64,000 nucleotides of DNA from Candidatus Latescibacterota bacterium (GTDB lineage Bacteria > Latescibacterota > UBA2968 > UBA8231), in assembly GCA_965206595.1 (NCBI GenBank), contig OZ242214.1, positions 416,001 through 480,000 on the forward strand, written 5' to 3'. The position numbers and the translations under genes are program-made. Shown here in pieces: positions 30,006 through 40,027 of the stretch (position 1 is the stretch's first letter; every line of letters begins with the position of its first letter). Under the pieces are notes generated by a model. The model saw nothing but the letters and a program-made list of their open reading frames with translations, searched no databases and was not told the DNA's origin.

Positions 30006-30752
30006 CTATTCGGGTTTCGGGCCCCCCGCCTCGAGCCACTCCTCGTACTCGGCGCGGCCCTCCTCGCTCAAGGGGTAGTACTTCCGCAGGTGGCCGCCCT
30101 CGGCCAGCTTCATGCGGCTGAAGTCCTCCCACTCCTCGTGGGCCGTCGCCTTCTCGATCAGCTCCGGGGCCAGGGCCGCCGGCACCACGGTGGCCCCGTC
30201 GTCGTCGGCGACGATGATGTCTCCCGGCACCACCGTGGTGTCGCCGCAGGCGATCGGCACGTTGACGGCGTACGGGAAGATGTCGGTCTGGGTGTGGAAG
30301 TTCGGGGTGACGCCGCGCAGCCACAGCCCGAGCCCGAGGTTGCGGACCTTGGGGAAGTCGCGGACGCAGCCGTCGACGACGGCGCCGATGCCGCCGCGCC
30401 CCTTGAAGAAGGTCATCATCATGTCCCCGAAGACTCCGCTCGACAGGTTGCCGCGCGCGTCGACGACGACGATGTCCCCCGGCCGGGTGTGGTAGAGGGC
30501 GTGGCGGTGCAGCTGCCTTTCCGGGTCGGCGTACTCGTCGACGTCGTAGAGGTCCTCCCTCTTGGGCATGAACTGCAGGGTCAGCGCCGGGCCGACGGCG
30601 CGCCTCCCCGGGGTGCGCGCGATGCAGCCGCTCAGGTGGGGGTCGCGAATCCCCAGGCGGGCGAGCTCGCCGCTGGCGGTGGCGCTGCTGATTGTGCCCA
30701 GCGACTCGATCAAGTCCTTCGGGGGACGTTCGATATCCGGTGTCTCGATCAT
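30006..30752 (-). CDS. RraA-like / HMG aldolase family protein
   Basis: GPALT, GDIVVVD, GVFGDMM, DGCVRD and PGDIIVADDDG. Confidence 0.88.
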   Translation of the reverse strand: MIETPDIERPPKDLIESLGTISSATASGELARLGIRDPHLSGCIARTPGRRAVGPALTLQFMPKREDLYDVDEYADPERQLHRHALYHTRPGDIVVVDARGNLSSGVFGDMMMTFFKGRGGIGAVVDGCVRDFPKVRNLGLGLWLRGVTPNFHTQTDIFPYAVNVPIACGDTTVVPGDIIVADDDGATVVPAALAPELIEKATAHEEWEDFSRMKLAEGGHLRKYYPLSEEGRAEYEEWLEAGGPKPE

Positions 30753-30979
30753 CTCATCCTTTCGGGAGCCGGCTGAGCCGGAAAGGTGTCGGGGTCCCTG
30801 GCCGGCATGTCAAAGGGCGGATGCCGCTGCCAGTCGGGGAGCAAGAGTAAGAACAGAGCGGGCCGAGGGGAACGCGGGCGGAGGGATCCGGGCAGGTGGA
30901 GGCCCGTTTCAGACAGAGGGTCGTCGGCCCAGGCGGGAGCAAGAGTAAGCAGGGAGCCGGACTTGGGCCGGTGTAACGG

Positions 30980-31945
30980 CTAGTCGATTTCCAGGGAGGC
31001 CTTGATCCGGCCCCAGGAGACCGACTCGACCGCGGAGTCATCCGGTCCGGCCGGGGCGGAGGGAAGCAGCAACCCGTCGAGAAACCTGTCCGCTCTATAG
31101 CGCAGTATATCAATGAAGGTATCGGAGTCCGTGTCAGGCATGACTTCGGGAGCCCAGAACATCCAGGAATTATCGGGCGGGTCATAATCATTCACCGCAA
31201 TCGTAAAGCCGACGATCTGACCGGCAGCAAGACCGCTGATCACGATTCCCTCGACGCTATCCCAGGCCCCACCCTTCTGGTTGAATGGCGTAACATACAG
31301 CTCGATCACGCTTATGAAGGGAGCTTCCCCTGCTACCCTACCACCGCCCTCCCCATAGGGAGGCAACGCTGTCCAGGCAAACGAACCCGTATAGAACCTG
31401 GTGGAAGAGTCATCCAAGGTCGGCCCATTGGTGCGGGCAATAGCCCCATATCTCTGAGTATGTCCAGAAATCTCCAGCCATTCCTCTTCCGAGCAACTAG
31501 AACAGCCCGCACCCCCACTGTGATCTCCGTCGACTGCCAGCATGATGCTGTCATGAGTGTACAATCTATGTCGTACGGACGTGCTCCAATCTACGCTATA
31601 GTCGTGGGTGTTCTTGTACACGTCATCGCTGGCCACGAAGGCCACATATAAGCGTGCTGGTTCGTCGTGCCAAGCCAGCCAGATCCGAAAGTCAAGGTCG
31701 GCAGGATCTGGTGCGGAGTCCTCCCATTCTTCAGTGAAATCCAGCAGAGTCATTGTGGGCTCGCCGATCAGCTCATACCACTCGTCCACCGACCCGTCCT
31801 CGAGATCGATCCTTTCCAGCATCTGGTCACTGAGATAGGCGATGGGGTACACGCGGTCGCCGACGTGGGCGCCGGCCGACATGGCAAAGCACAGGAGCAG
31901 ACCGAGAGAGGGATGCCAAAGTTTGGTGATTGGGTTGGGGCGCAT
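30980..31945 (-). CDS. Secreted CBM9/DOMON-like protein, paralog 1, C-terminal SWGRIK motif
   Basis: Signal peptide; IDLEDGSVDEW, LAWHD..RLYVA, DSI.L..DGD and GFTIAVNDYD resemble CBM9-like domains. Confidence 0.75.
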   Translation of the reverse strand: MRPNPITKLWHPSLGLLLCFAMSAGAHVGDRVYPIAYLSDQMLERIDLEDGSVDEWYELIGEPTMTLLDFTEEWEDSAPDPADLDFRIWLAWHDEPARLYVAFVASDDVYKNTHDYSVDWSTSVRHRLYTHDSIMLAVDGDHSGGAGCSSCSEEEWLEISGHTQRYGAIARTNGPTLDDSSTRFYTGSFAWTALPPYGEGGGRVAGEAPFISVIELYVTPFNQKGGAWDSVEGIVISGLAAGQIVGFTIAVNDYDPPDNSWMFWAPEVMPDTDSDTFIDILRYRADRFLDGLLLPSAPAGPDDSAVESVSWGRIKASLEID

Positions 31946-32022
31946 CCTTTGCCTCCTTTGACCGTGCAGCAGCTGAGATTATCGAAGGGACTATAGCGGC
32001 ACCCAACAAATCCGGGCGGCGG

Positions 32023-33594
32023 TCACATGCCCCAGATGTCGATCTCGACGCCGCTGTCCGCTGCCCGCCGGCAGTGGAACAGCCTGTCCTCCCAACGCCG
32101 GTCCGCGCGCCGGTCGAAGATCACCAGATGCCCCGCTTCGGCGGCGCAGCGATCCATGTAGCCGGCCGTCTGTTCCACCCCCTCGACCACGGTCTGCTCC
32201 AGACTCTTGTGCAGCACCTTGCACTCAATCACGATCTTCCGTGTGCGCCCGCCCTGCGGCCACACGATCAGCAGGTCCGTGCGCGTCCGCCCCAGGCCGT
32301 ATTCCCGCTCGATGCGCCCGCCGCTGTTGACGATGCGCTGCAAGAACCCCTGCAACAGCAGTTGCGGACCCGCTTCCTTGTATTGGAACCGTTCGACCCA
32401 GTGCTCGGAGTGCTCGCGGAAGAAGCTCTGGAACGCCGCCATCAACTCGACTGCGTTCAGGCCGCCCCCGGCATCGATGTACCAGGCGGTGTCCTGATGG
32501 AGCTCCTCCTGGGCTACCCAGGTCAGCTCGCGCGGGACGACTTCGGCGTAGATGGGATTGGCGATGCGCAGCGGACGGTCCTGGGCGATCAGACCGAGAT
32601 CCCTCGCGTACTCGATGTCGCGGTCGGTAAAACGGCGTACCTCGCCGCCGCTCAAAAGCGGCTCCACCACGCGCCGCACGCGGTCTTCCTGCAGCTTGTC
32701 GGCCAACTGGTCGAGGTGCGTCTCCCGGCGCAGGATGAGCTGCTCTTGCGCCTGGCGGACCGCCTCGGGGGTGACCGGACGGTCCCGGGCCGCCTCAGCA
32801 CCGCCCCGGAAGCAGGTTTCGTCGGCCAGCGCGTTGACCAGCCACGGCTGCCCTTGCGTCTGCTGCCAGACGGCGTCCAGCGCCTCGGGGGTGAACACCT
32901 GCCCGGTCTCCTCGGTGTGCTGGGCCAGCAGCGCGCGCACCTCCTCCGGCGAGAAGTCGCCCAGGCGTAGCGAGCGCGCCTTGATGTTGAAGGCGCTGCC
33001 GGCGGCGATGACGGCATTGGCGGAACGGGAGTGGATGCGGTAATCGCGGACGTCGCGCACCCCGCACAGCACCACGCTCTGCGGAAAACCGGCCGGACGC
33101 AGGTCGTAGCCGGCGCGCAACTGACGCAGCACCGACAGCAGCGAATCCCCCATCAGCGCGTCGATTTCGTCGATGAGCAGCACCAGGGGTTTGGGAGCGG
33201 CCTCCGCCCAGCGCGTCAACGCCTCGCGCAAGGCACCCGGTCCAAACTCGGCGAAAATGCCGGACCATGTCCCGGACAGAAAGTCGTCGCCCGCCAAACG
33301 CGCCCGGGTCGCCAACTCGCCCAGAATGACACGCATCGCCTGCTCCACGTCTTCGCGCAGGGCTTGAGCACCCTCGATGTTGACATACACGCAACAGTAG
33401 GTTCCCTCGGCGTTGAGCAGGTCGCGCAACGCCAGCAGCGCCGAGGTCTTGCCCGTCTGCCGGGGGGCGTGCAGGACGAAGTACTTCTCGTCCCGGACCA
33501 GTCCGAGCACTTCGGCCATATCCAGGCGATCCAACGGCGAGATGCTGTAGTGCCTTTCAGGCTTGATGGGGCCGCTCGTGTTGAAGAAACGCAT
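32023..33594 (-). CDS. AAA-family ATPase with C-terminal PD-(D/E)XK-like domain
   Basis: HAPRQTGKTS Walker A, LLIDEID Walker B, and REY...RTDL...IECK nuclease-like motif. Confidence 0.85.
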   Translation of the reverse strand: MRFFNTSGPIKPERHYSISPLDRLDMAEVLGLVRDEKYFVLHAPRQTGKTSALLALRDLLNAEGTYCCVYVNIEGAQALREDVEQAMRVILGELATRARLAGDDFLSGTWSGIFAEFGPGALREALTRWAEAAPKPLVLLIDEIDALMGDSLLSVLRQLRAGYDLRPAGFPQSVVLCGVRDVRDYRIHSRSANAVIAAGSAFNIKARSLRLGDFSPEEVRALLAQHTEETGQVFTPEALDAVWQQTQGQPWLVNALADETCFRGGAEAARDRPVTPEAVRQAQEQLILRRETHLDQLADKLQEDRVRRVVEPLLSGGEVRRFTDRDIEYARDLGLIAQDRPLRIANPIYAEVVPRELTWVAQEELHQDTAWYIDAGGGLNAVELMAAFQSFFREHSEHWVERFQYKEAGPQLLLQGFLQRIVNSGGRIEREYGLGRTRTDLLIVWPQGGRTRKIVIECKVLHKSLEQTVVEGVEQTAGYMDRCAAEAGHLVIFDRRADRRWEDRLFHCRRAADSGVEIDIWGM

Positions 33595-33938
33595 GACGCA
33601 GGTATCCTCGCTTTATCTCCGGGCGCGCCGACAACGGCGCCGAGGAACGTTGACCAAGGCTGAGCAGTCCGGGCAGGGGAGCCGCCAACCAGGCAATAAG
33701 ATACTCAGGAAGCCGCGACGTTGGAGGGCTTGGGGAAGTCCGTACCTGGCGCGGTCAGTTACCCGGAGCGGAGAGGGGCGGTGAACCGGGGAGGGAAGAG
33801 GCCCCCGGGCCGGTCAGACGGCCCCACATGACCAGGGTGGCCATCGCAGCACCATCGGCGGAGCAGACGAAAGAGCTGGCCGCAAGGAACGCGGGCGCAG
33901 CGATCCGGCCCCAGGGAGGGGAATCCGGTTTCGGGCGG

Positions 33939-34892
33939 TCAGTCGTCGGGCCAGTCGGTCAGCCAGTTGCTGAGCCAGCGGCGCAGTCCGTCGAGAAACG
34001 GTTCACCCCGGTTGGAGACGAAGCAGATGCTCTCGCCGTCCGGGGACCAGACCGGCTCCTGGTCTTCGACGTACCCCGTGGTCAACCGGGTGACGTTGGA
34101 GCCGTCGGCAGCCATGAGGTAGATGTGGAAGTTCCAGTCCCGGTTGGAGACGAAGGCGATCTCCCTGCCGTCCCAGGACCACGCCGGCTGCCGGTCCACG
34201 CCGGGGTGATTAGTGAGGTTGACCACTTCGCCACTGGCAACCTCTACGATGCAGATTTCAAGATTGCCGAAGCGGTCGCTCTCGAAGGCGATGCGACGCC
34301 CGTCCGGGAACCAGACCGGGCGCCCGTCGTACCCCTCATGGCGGCTCAGGTTGCGCAGGTTCCGACCGTCCCCATCGGCGAGGTACACCTCGAGATTGCC
34401 ATCGCGAAAGGTGGTAAAAGCGAGGAGCCGGCCGTCAGGGGACCAGGCCGGCTGGATGCCGTTCTCCACGATCCGCCTGATCGCCGGCTCTCCGGCCCCC
34501 AGCTTCATGACGTAGATGTCGTACAACTCCTCCTGCTCCTCGGTTCTGCCGCCGAAGGCGATCGCCGTACCGTCCGGAAACCAGGAAACGCCGGCCACGC
34601 TGGTTATGTTCGAGGGTACCGGCACTCTCATCAATTTCTCGCCGGCCACAGAAACCACTTCGAACTCATTCTCGTTCCCGTTGTGGGCAACGTACAGAAC
34701 GCTCCGGCCGTCCGGGGACCAGCGTGGGGAGGACGTTCCCCACCCCATCCCTTCGGCGGATATGCGCACGTTGGAAGACCCGTCCCGCGACATGAGAAAT
34801 ACGCTCCCGTGCTCGGAATGGGCTCCCGCATGATTTTGCCAGAGGAGCGAACAGAGCCACACAAGGACCGTCAGCTTGAACGATCCAAGCAT
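33939..34892 (-). CDS. TolB-like (PD40) beta-propeller protein, secreted
   Basis: Signal peptide; repeated P.WSPDG..IAF.S.RDGN.EIY. Confidence 0.85.
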   Translation of the reverse strand: MLGSFKLTVLVWLCSLLWQNHAGAHSEHGSVFLMSRDGSSNVRISAEGMGWGTSSPRWSPDGRSVLYVAHNGNENEFEVVSVAGEKLMRVPVPSNITSVAGVSWFPDGTAIAFGGRTEEQEELYDIYVMKLGAGEPAIRRIVENGIQPAWSPDGRLLAFTTFRDGNLEVYLADGDGRNLRNLSRHEGYDGRPVWFPDGRRIAFESDRFGNLEICIVEVASGEVVNLTNHPGVDRQPAWSWDGREIAFVSNRDWNFHIYLMAADGSNVTRLTTGYVEDQEPVWSPDGESICFVSNRGEPFLDGLRRWLSNWLTDWPDD

Positions 34893-34969
34893 GGGCGGTC
34901 AGAGGATGAGGTGTAGATAAGGAACGGAAAGAATTAGGGGTGTCTACCAGAGGATGGCCAAAACCGTGG

Positions 34970-35932
34970 CTACTCAATCTCCAAGGCGGCCTTGATTCGT
35001 CCCCAGGAATCGGACGAGATCGCAGAGACTTTCGGTTCGTCCAATTCGGGCAGCAGAATACCATCAAAATAATGATCCGCTTTATGGCCCAATATATCAA
35101 TCCAGGTATCCAAGTCTGTGTCGGACGTAGCTTCGGGGCTCCAAAGCATCCAGAAATTATCAGGTGGGTCATAATCATGCACTGCAATCGTAAAACCAAT
35201 GATTTTACCGGCACCTAGATCGCTGACCACGACATCTTCGAGGCTATCCCACGTCTCACCCTTCTTGTCGAATGGAGTAACATACAGCTCGATAACGCTT
35301 ATCGTGGGAGCTTCTCCTGCAACGCCGCCGCCCCCCTCTCCATAGGGGGGCAACGCTGTCCAGGCAAACGAGCCCGTATAAAATCTTGTGGCAGCGTCAT
35401 CCAAGTTCGGACCGTTGGTGTGGGCAATAGCTGAATATCCTTGAGTTTGTCCAGAGAGATCCAGCCATTCCTCCTCTGAGCAACTGGAACAGCCGGCACC
35501 CCCACTATGATCCCCGTCGAATGCCAGCATAATGCTGTCATAGTTATACATATTATCTCGTGAGGATGTAGCCCAATCTACGCTGTAATCGTGTCCGTTC
35601 TTGTATACGTCGTCGCTGGCCACAAAAGCCACATATAAGCGTGCTGGTTCGTCGTGCCATGCCAGCCAGATGCGGAAATCAAGATCGGCAGGATCAAGTG
35701 CCGAACCCTCCAATTCTTCCCTGAAATCCAGCAGGGTCATGGTGGGTTCTCCGAGCAACTCGTACCACTCGTCCACCGAGCCGTCCTTGAGATCGATCCT
35801 TTCCAGCATTTCGTCGCTGAGGTAGGCGATCGGGTATACGCGGTCGCCTACATGGGCGCCGGCGGACATCGCCAACGACAGGAGCAGGCCGAGAGCGGGG
35901 TGCCAAAGTTTCGTGATTGGGTTTTGACTCAT
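34970..35932 (-). CDS. Secreted CBM9/DOMON-like protein, paralog 2
   Basis: Aligns end to end with paralog 1; ends SAISSDSWGRIKAALEIE. Confidence 0.78.
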   Translation of the reverse strand: MSQNPITKLWHPALGLLLSLAMSAGAHVGDRVYPIAYLSDEMLERIDLKDGSVDEWYELLGEPTMTLLDFREELEGSALDPADLDFRIWLAWHDEPARLYVAFVASDDVYKNGHDYSVDWATSSRDNMYNYDSIMLAFDGDHSGGAGCSSCSEEEWLDLSGQTQGYSAIAHTNGPNLDDAATRFYTGSFAWTALPPYGEGGGGVAGEAPTISVIELYVTPFDKKGETWDSLEDVVVSDLGAGKIIGFTIAVHDYDPPDNFWMLWSPEATSDTDLDTWIDILGHKADHYFDGILLPELDEPKVSAISSDSWGRIKAALEIE

Positions 35933-36062
35933 CCTTCACCTCCTTTGACCAGTGCAACAGCTGGAAGTGTCGAAGCGACTATAGCGGCAACAAAAAATCG
36001 GGTCTATCCGGGTCCCCTCTTTCCAGGGAATGAGGAGGTGGCGATGTAATGGCCAGTACGAC

Positions 36063-37010
36063 CTAATCGATTTCAAGGGAGTCCTTGATCCGGCCCCACG
36101 AGACCGACTCGACCGCGGAGTCTCCCGGTCCGTCCGTTTCGGCGGGCAGCAGCATGCCGTCGATGAACATGTCGGCCCGAACAGAAAAAATCCGGACCAT
36201 TGCAGGCGGGGAACCGGGGAACATGGCTTCGGGTACCCAGTTTCCTCCACCATTGGAGTCACGGTCATGTACCACTATTGCAAAGCCGATTATCTGCCCC
36301 GCAGCCAGATGGCTGGCCAGACTCCCCTCGATGTCATCGTACAACAGGCGGTCGAACGGCGTGACGTACAGCTCGATAACGCTGATGACGGGCGTTTCCC
36401 CGGCTACCCCACCGCCCCCTTCTCCATAAGGGGGCAGGGCGGTCCAAGCCAATTTTCCGGCCAGTTGCCTGGGGAATCTGTCATCCAAGGTCGGCCCTGA
36501 AGCGGTGCGGGCGATGGCGTCATACCTCTGATTCGACTCCCGGATTTCCACCCCTTGTTCCAAGGAGCAGCCCCCTTCACAGCCTGGACCCCCGCCGTGA
36601 TCTCCGTCAATCACCAGGGTGATGCTGTCATGCGAGTTCATGACATCCTGCCCGGAGCTGCTGTAATCGTGGGTATTGATGTATTCGTCATCGCTGGCCA
36701 CAACGGCCACATAGAAACGGGGCGGATCGTCGTGCCAGGCCAGCCAGATGCGGAAGTCGAGATCGGACGGATCCAGTTCACTATTACCGAACGATTCCGT
36801 GAAGTCCAGCAGGGTCATGGTCGGCTCGCCGACCAGCCCATACCACTCGTCCACCGACCCGTCCTCGAGATCGATCCTTTCCAGCATTTCGTCGCTTAGG
36901 TAGGCGATCGGGTATACGCGGTCGCCGACATGGGCGCCGGCGGGGATCACAAACAAAAGGAGCAGGCCGAGAGCGGGGTGCCAGAGTTTAATGATCGGGT
37001 TGCGGCTCAT
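36063..37010 (-). CDS. Secreted CBM9/DOMON-like protein, paralog 3
   Basis: Aligns with paralogs 1 and 2; ends SAVESVSWGRIKDSLEID. Confidence 0.78.
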   Translation of the reverse strand: MSRNPIIKLWHPALGLLLLFVIPAGAHVGDRVYPIAYLSDEMLERIDLEDGSVDEWYGLVGEPTMTLLDFTESFGNSELDPSDLDFRIWLAWHDDPPRFYVAVVASDDEYINTHDYSSSGQDVMNSHDSITLVIDGDHGGGPGCEGGCSLEQGVEIRESNQRYDAIARTASGPTLDDRFPRQLAGKLAWTALPPYGEGGGGVAGETPVISVIELYVTPFDRLLYDDIEGSLASHLAAGQIIGFAIVVHDRDSNGGGNWVPEAMFPGSPPAMVRIFSVRADMFIDGMLLPAETDGPGDSAVESVSWGRIKDSLEID

Positions 37011-37130
37011 CCTTCACCTCCTTTGACCAGTGCAGCGGCGGGAATTGTCGAAGCGACTATAGCGGCAACAAAAAATCCGGGTCCCTCTTTCCAGGGAATG
37101 AGGAGGTGGCGATGACATGGCCAGTACGAC

Positions 37131-38087
37131 CTAATCGATTTCAAGGGCGGCCTTGATCCGGCCCCACGAGACCGACCCGACTGCGGAGTCTTTCCCCGGT
37201 TCGACCGGCAGCAGGACCCCATCAATAAAGCGGTCCCCTCGATGGTCCGTTATGTCAAAAAGCGCGGGGCGTTCACCAGACTGCATGGCTTCGGATACCC
37301 AGAACACCCCTTCCTCACTGGATTCAACAGGTTCGTCATTGTCATACACCATCATCGCAAGGCCTATAACCTGTCCCGCGGTGAGATCGCTGACCACCTT
37401 GTCTTCGGGGTTATCCCACGTTCCTCCCCAGAGGTCGAACGGCGTGATGTACAACTCGATGGCGCTGATGGTCGGGTTTTCTCCGAACGCCCCACCGCCT
37501 CCGTCTCCATAGGGTGGCAAGACCGTCCAGGGGAACGTTCCCGCCCTGTACCTGGTGCCTATGTCATCCAAAATGGGGCCGCTGGCGGTGCGGGCAATCG
37601 CCTCGTAGTACTGCGTCTGTCCACGAATCTCCAACAAATCTTCTTCCGAGCAGCTCACGGAACAACCCGCACCTCCGCTGTGATCTCCATCGATTGCCAA
37701 CAAGATACTATCATTCCACAGTATACCATCCTGTGCACTGTAGTCGTGGGTGTTCTTGTACACGTCATCGCTGGCCACGAAGGCGACGTAGAAGCGAGCC
37801 GGGTCGTCGTGCCAGGCCAGCCAGATGCGGAAGTCCAGATCGGACGGATCAGGTTCTCTTTGTCCCCAATTGTCTGCAAAGTCCAGCAGCGTCATGGTGG
37901 GCTCCCCGACCAGCTCGTACCACTCGTCCACCGAGCCGTCCTCGAGATCGATCCTTTCCAGCATTTCGTCGCTGAGATAGGCGATCGGGTACACGCGGTA
38001 TCCGACGTGGGCGCTGGCCGACATCGCCAACGACAGAACCAGACCGAGAGCGGGATACCACTGCTTTTTGGTGTGGTTACGGCTCAT
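37131..38087 (-). CDS. Secreted CBM9/DOMON-like protein, paralog 4
   Basis: True start MSRNHTKKQW at 38087 after AAAGGAGG; ends SAVGSVSWGRIKAALEID. Confidence 0.78.
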   Translation of the reverse strand: MSRNHTKKQWYPALGLVLSLAMSASAHVGYRVYPIAYLSDEMLERIDLEDGSVDEWYELVGEPTMTLLDFADNWGQREPDPSDLDFRIWLAWHDDPARFYVAFVASDDVYKNTHDYSAQDGILWNDSILLAIDGDHSGGAGCSVSCSEEDLLEIRGQTQYYEAIARTASGPILDDIGTRYRAGTFPWTVLPPYGDGGGGAFGENPTISAIELYITPFDLWGGTWDNPEDKVVSDLTAGQVIGLAMMVYDNDEPVESSEEGVFWVSEAMQSGERPALFDITDHRGDRFIDGVLLPVEPGKDSAVGSVSWGRIKAALEID

Positions 38088-38148
38088 CCTTGACCTCCTT
38101 TGACCAGTGCAGCAGATGGAATTGCCGAAGCGACTATAGCGGAAACAA
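38088..38148 (-). promoter_or_regulatory. Conserved promoter/leader of the paralog family (also at ~31946-32002, 35933-35995, 37011-37075)
   Basis: Minus strand CCGCTATAGTC (-10-like) ... GGTCAAAGGAGG (Shine-Dalgarno) recurs before all four paralogs. Confidence 0.6.
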
Positions 38149-38299
38149 CCCCCGGGTTCCTCATTGCATTGGAAAGACGGGGTGGCCATGGGATGACCGG
38201 TACACTGCCTGATCGACTTCCAGGACGAGCCCTGAACAGCGCTTGCGACCCGGTGACCCCGCTCAATGCCATGATCTTCCCGGACCCGGCCTGCAAGGG

Positions 38300-40027
38300 T
38301 CATCCCCGGGAAGCGCGAATTTCGCTGCGCTGCCTGTCGGTTTCCTCCTCGAGCACCCCCAAGCCGTCGTCGAGGACGACCCCGTATTCCCGGCGCGCCG
38401 ACTGCAGCGACACCTTGCCGTTGCCGACGTCCCGGGCGACCTCCTGGGGCGGCCGCTCCAGCGGGTCGCCCCAGCCGCCCCCGCCCGGCTGCCGGTGGTA
38501 TAGGCTCTCCCCCGCGGCGAGCCGGGTCGAGATCATGGTGGGAAGCACCTCGTCGCCTCCGGGTCCGCGCCGGATCGAGTTCGACGGCGATCCCGGCAGG
38601 CCGCCGTACAGCCCGTACGGCAGGTGGTCGCGGCGGTCGGAGCGGATGGCGAGGTGGGCGTCGTCCCTCAGCAGGGTCCACTCGCGCTCGATCGCCATGC
38701 CGCCGCGGTACTTGCCGGCGCCGCCGCTGTCGTCGACGAGGCCGTAGCGCTCGATGCGGAGCGGGTATTCGGACTCCGCCTGCTCGACAGGGACGTTGCT
38801 GGCGACGTTGGCGGGATTGGTGATGCCGTCGATGCCGTCGCGGTCGGGGCGCCCGCCCCAGGTCCCGCAGATGAGCTCGAAGTAGACGTACGGGGACTTG
38901 TCCTCGTGCTCGCCGCCTATGATCACCAGCGAGTTGCCGCCCTCGCCAGCGGCCATGACCCGGTCCGGCACGATCCCCGACAGCGCCCCGAACATGGTGT
39001 CGACGAGGCGGAAGCCGGTGATCCCGCGCATCGACGAGGCCGCGGGCATCACTCCGTGGACCACCGTGCCCGGCTCGGTGACGATCCGGATGGGGCGGAA
39101 CATGCCGGCGGTGTTGGGGATCTCCTCGCGGAAGCACGAGCGCACGCAGAGGGTGGCGACCGACGCGGTGAAGGAGAGGGAGTTGTTGATCGCCCCGGGG
39201 GCCTGGGGGTCGGTGCCGCGGAAGTCGGCGGTGAGAGAATCCCCTTCGACGGTGATCGTCACTTTTAGCTTCACGCGCGGGCCGCCGACGCCGTTGCTGT
39301 CGAGGTAGTCGGTGAAGGTGTGGCTGCCGTCCGGCCAGGAGGCGATCTCGGCGCGCACCAGCCGCTCGGTGTAGTCGATGAGGTCGGCGGCGCAGCTCCT
39401 GAAGGTCTCGACCCCGTACTTGGCGGCCAGCTCGAGGATGCGGCGTTCGCCGATGTGGCAGGCCGACAGCTGGGCGTTGAGGTCGCCGAGGGTCATGCGG
39501 GGGACGCGCACGTTGGCGCGCAGCAAGGTGTAGAGGGCGTCGTCCGGGACGCCGCGGTGATGGAGCTTCAGCCACGGAATGCGCAGGCCGTCGTGGAAGA
39601 TCTCGGTGTTGTCGCAGGCGGAGCTGCCGGGTAAGCGGCCGCCGAGGTCGAGGTGGTGGGCGGTGCTGACCGCGAACCCGATCCTCTCCTCCTCGCGGAA
39701 GATCGGCTTGACGATGAAGATGTCGGGGATGTGCATGCCGCCGTCGAACGGGTCGTTCATGATGAAGACGTCCCCGGGCTCCATGTCCCCCTCGAACTTG
39801 GCGAACAGGGTCTCCATGGCGTAGGGGACGGCGCCGAGATGCAGGGGGATGGTGACCCCCTGGGCGATCATGTCGCCGTTGGCGTCGCACAGGGAGGTCG
39901 AGTAGTCGAGGCAGTCGCGGACCACCGTCGAGTAGGCGGTGCGGTAGAGGGCGACGGCCATCTCGTCGGCGGTGGCGGCCAGGGCGTTCTGGATGATTTC
40001 CCGGGTAATGGGATCGATGGCGCTCAT
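38300..40027 (-). CDS. Hydantoinase B / oxoprolinase family protein
   Basis: MSAIDPITREI, RTAYS...DYST, NDPFDGGMHIPD, DSGGAGKYRGG and PGGGGWGDP. Confidence 0.92.
   Translation of the reverse strand: MSAIDPITREIIQNALAATADEMAVALYRTAYSTVVRDCLDYSTSLCDANGDMIAQGVTIPLHLGAVPYAMETLFAKFEGDMEPGDVFIMNDPFDGGMHIPDIFIVKPIFREEERIGFAVSTAHHLDLGGRLPGSSACDNTEIFHDGLRIPWLKLHHRGVPDDALYTLLRANVRVPRMTLGDLNAQLSACHIGERRILELAAKYGVETFRSCAADLIDYTERLVRAEIASWPDGSHTFTDYLDSNGVGGPRVKLKVTITVEGDSLTADFRGTDPQAPGAINNSLSFTASVATLCVRSCFREEIPNTAGMFRPIRIVTEPGTVVHGVMPAASSMRGITGFRLVDTMFGALSGIVPDRVMAAGEGGNSLVIIGGEHEDKSPYVYFELICGTWGGRPDRDGIDGITNPANVASNVPVEQAESEYPLRIERYGLVDDSGGAGKYRGGMAIEREWTLLRDDAHLAIRSDRRDHLPYGLYGGLPGSPSNSIRRGPGGDEVLPTMISTRLAAGESLYHRQPGGGGWGDPLERPPQEVARDVGNGKVSLQSARREYGVVLDDGLGVLEEETDRQRSEIRASRG

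Noticed and set aside
30837-30949. 15-bp direct repeat GGGAGCAAGAGTAAG
   Set aside because: Two copies only, and nothing recognisable between them.
36000-36012. GGGTCTATCCGGG identical to the first 13 bp of an ISL3 terminal repeat
   Set aside because: No second end or target duplication; explicable as a local micro-duplication in the paralog spacer.
30980-38087. Diversity-generating retroelement behind paralog variation
   Set aside because: No reverse transcriptase or template repeat in the window. Differences include indels, are spread over several loops, and are not visibly adenine-restricted.
37131-39890. 919-aa ORF as a single protein
   Set aside because: The first ~600 aa are an Arg/Pro-rich alternate frame of hydantoinase B. 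The real gene starts at 38087 behind its own SD.
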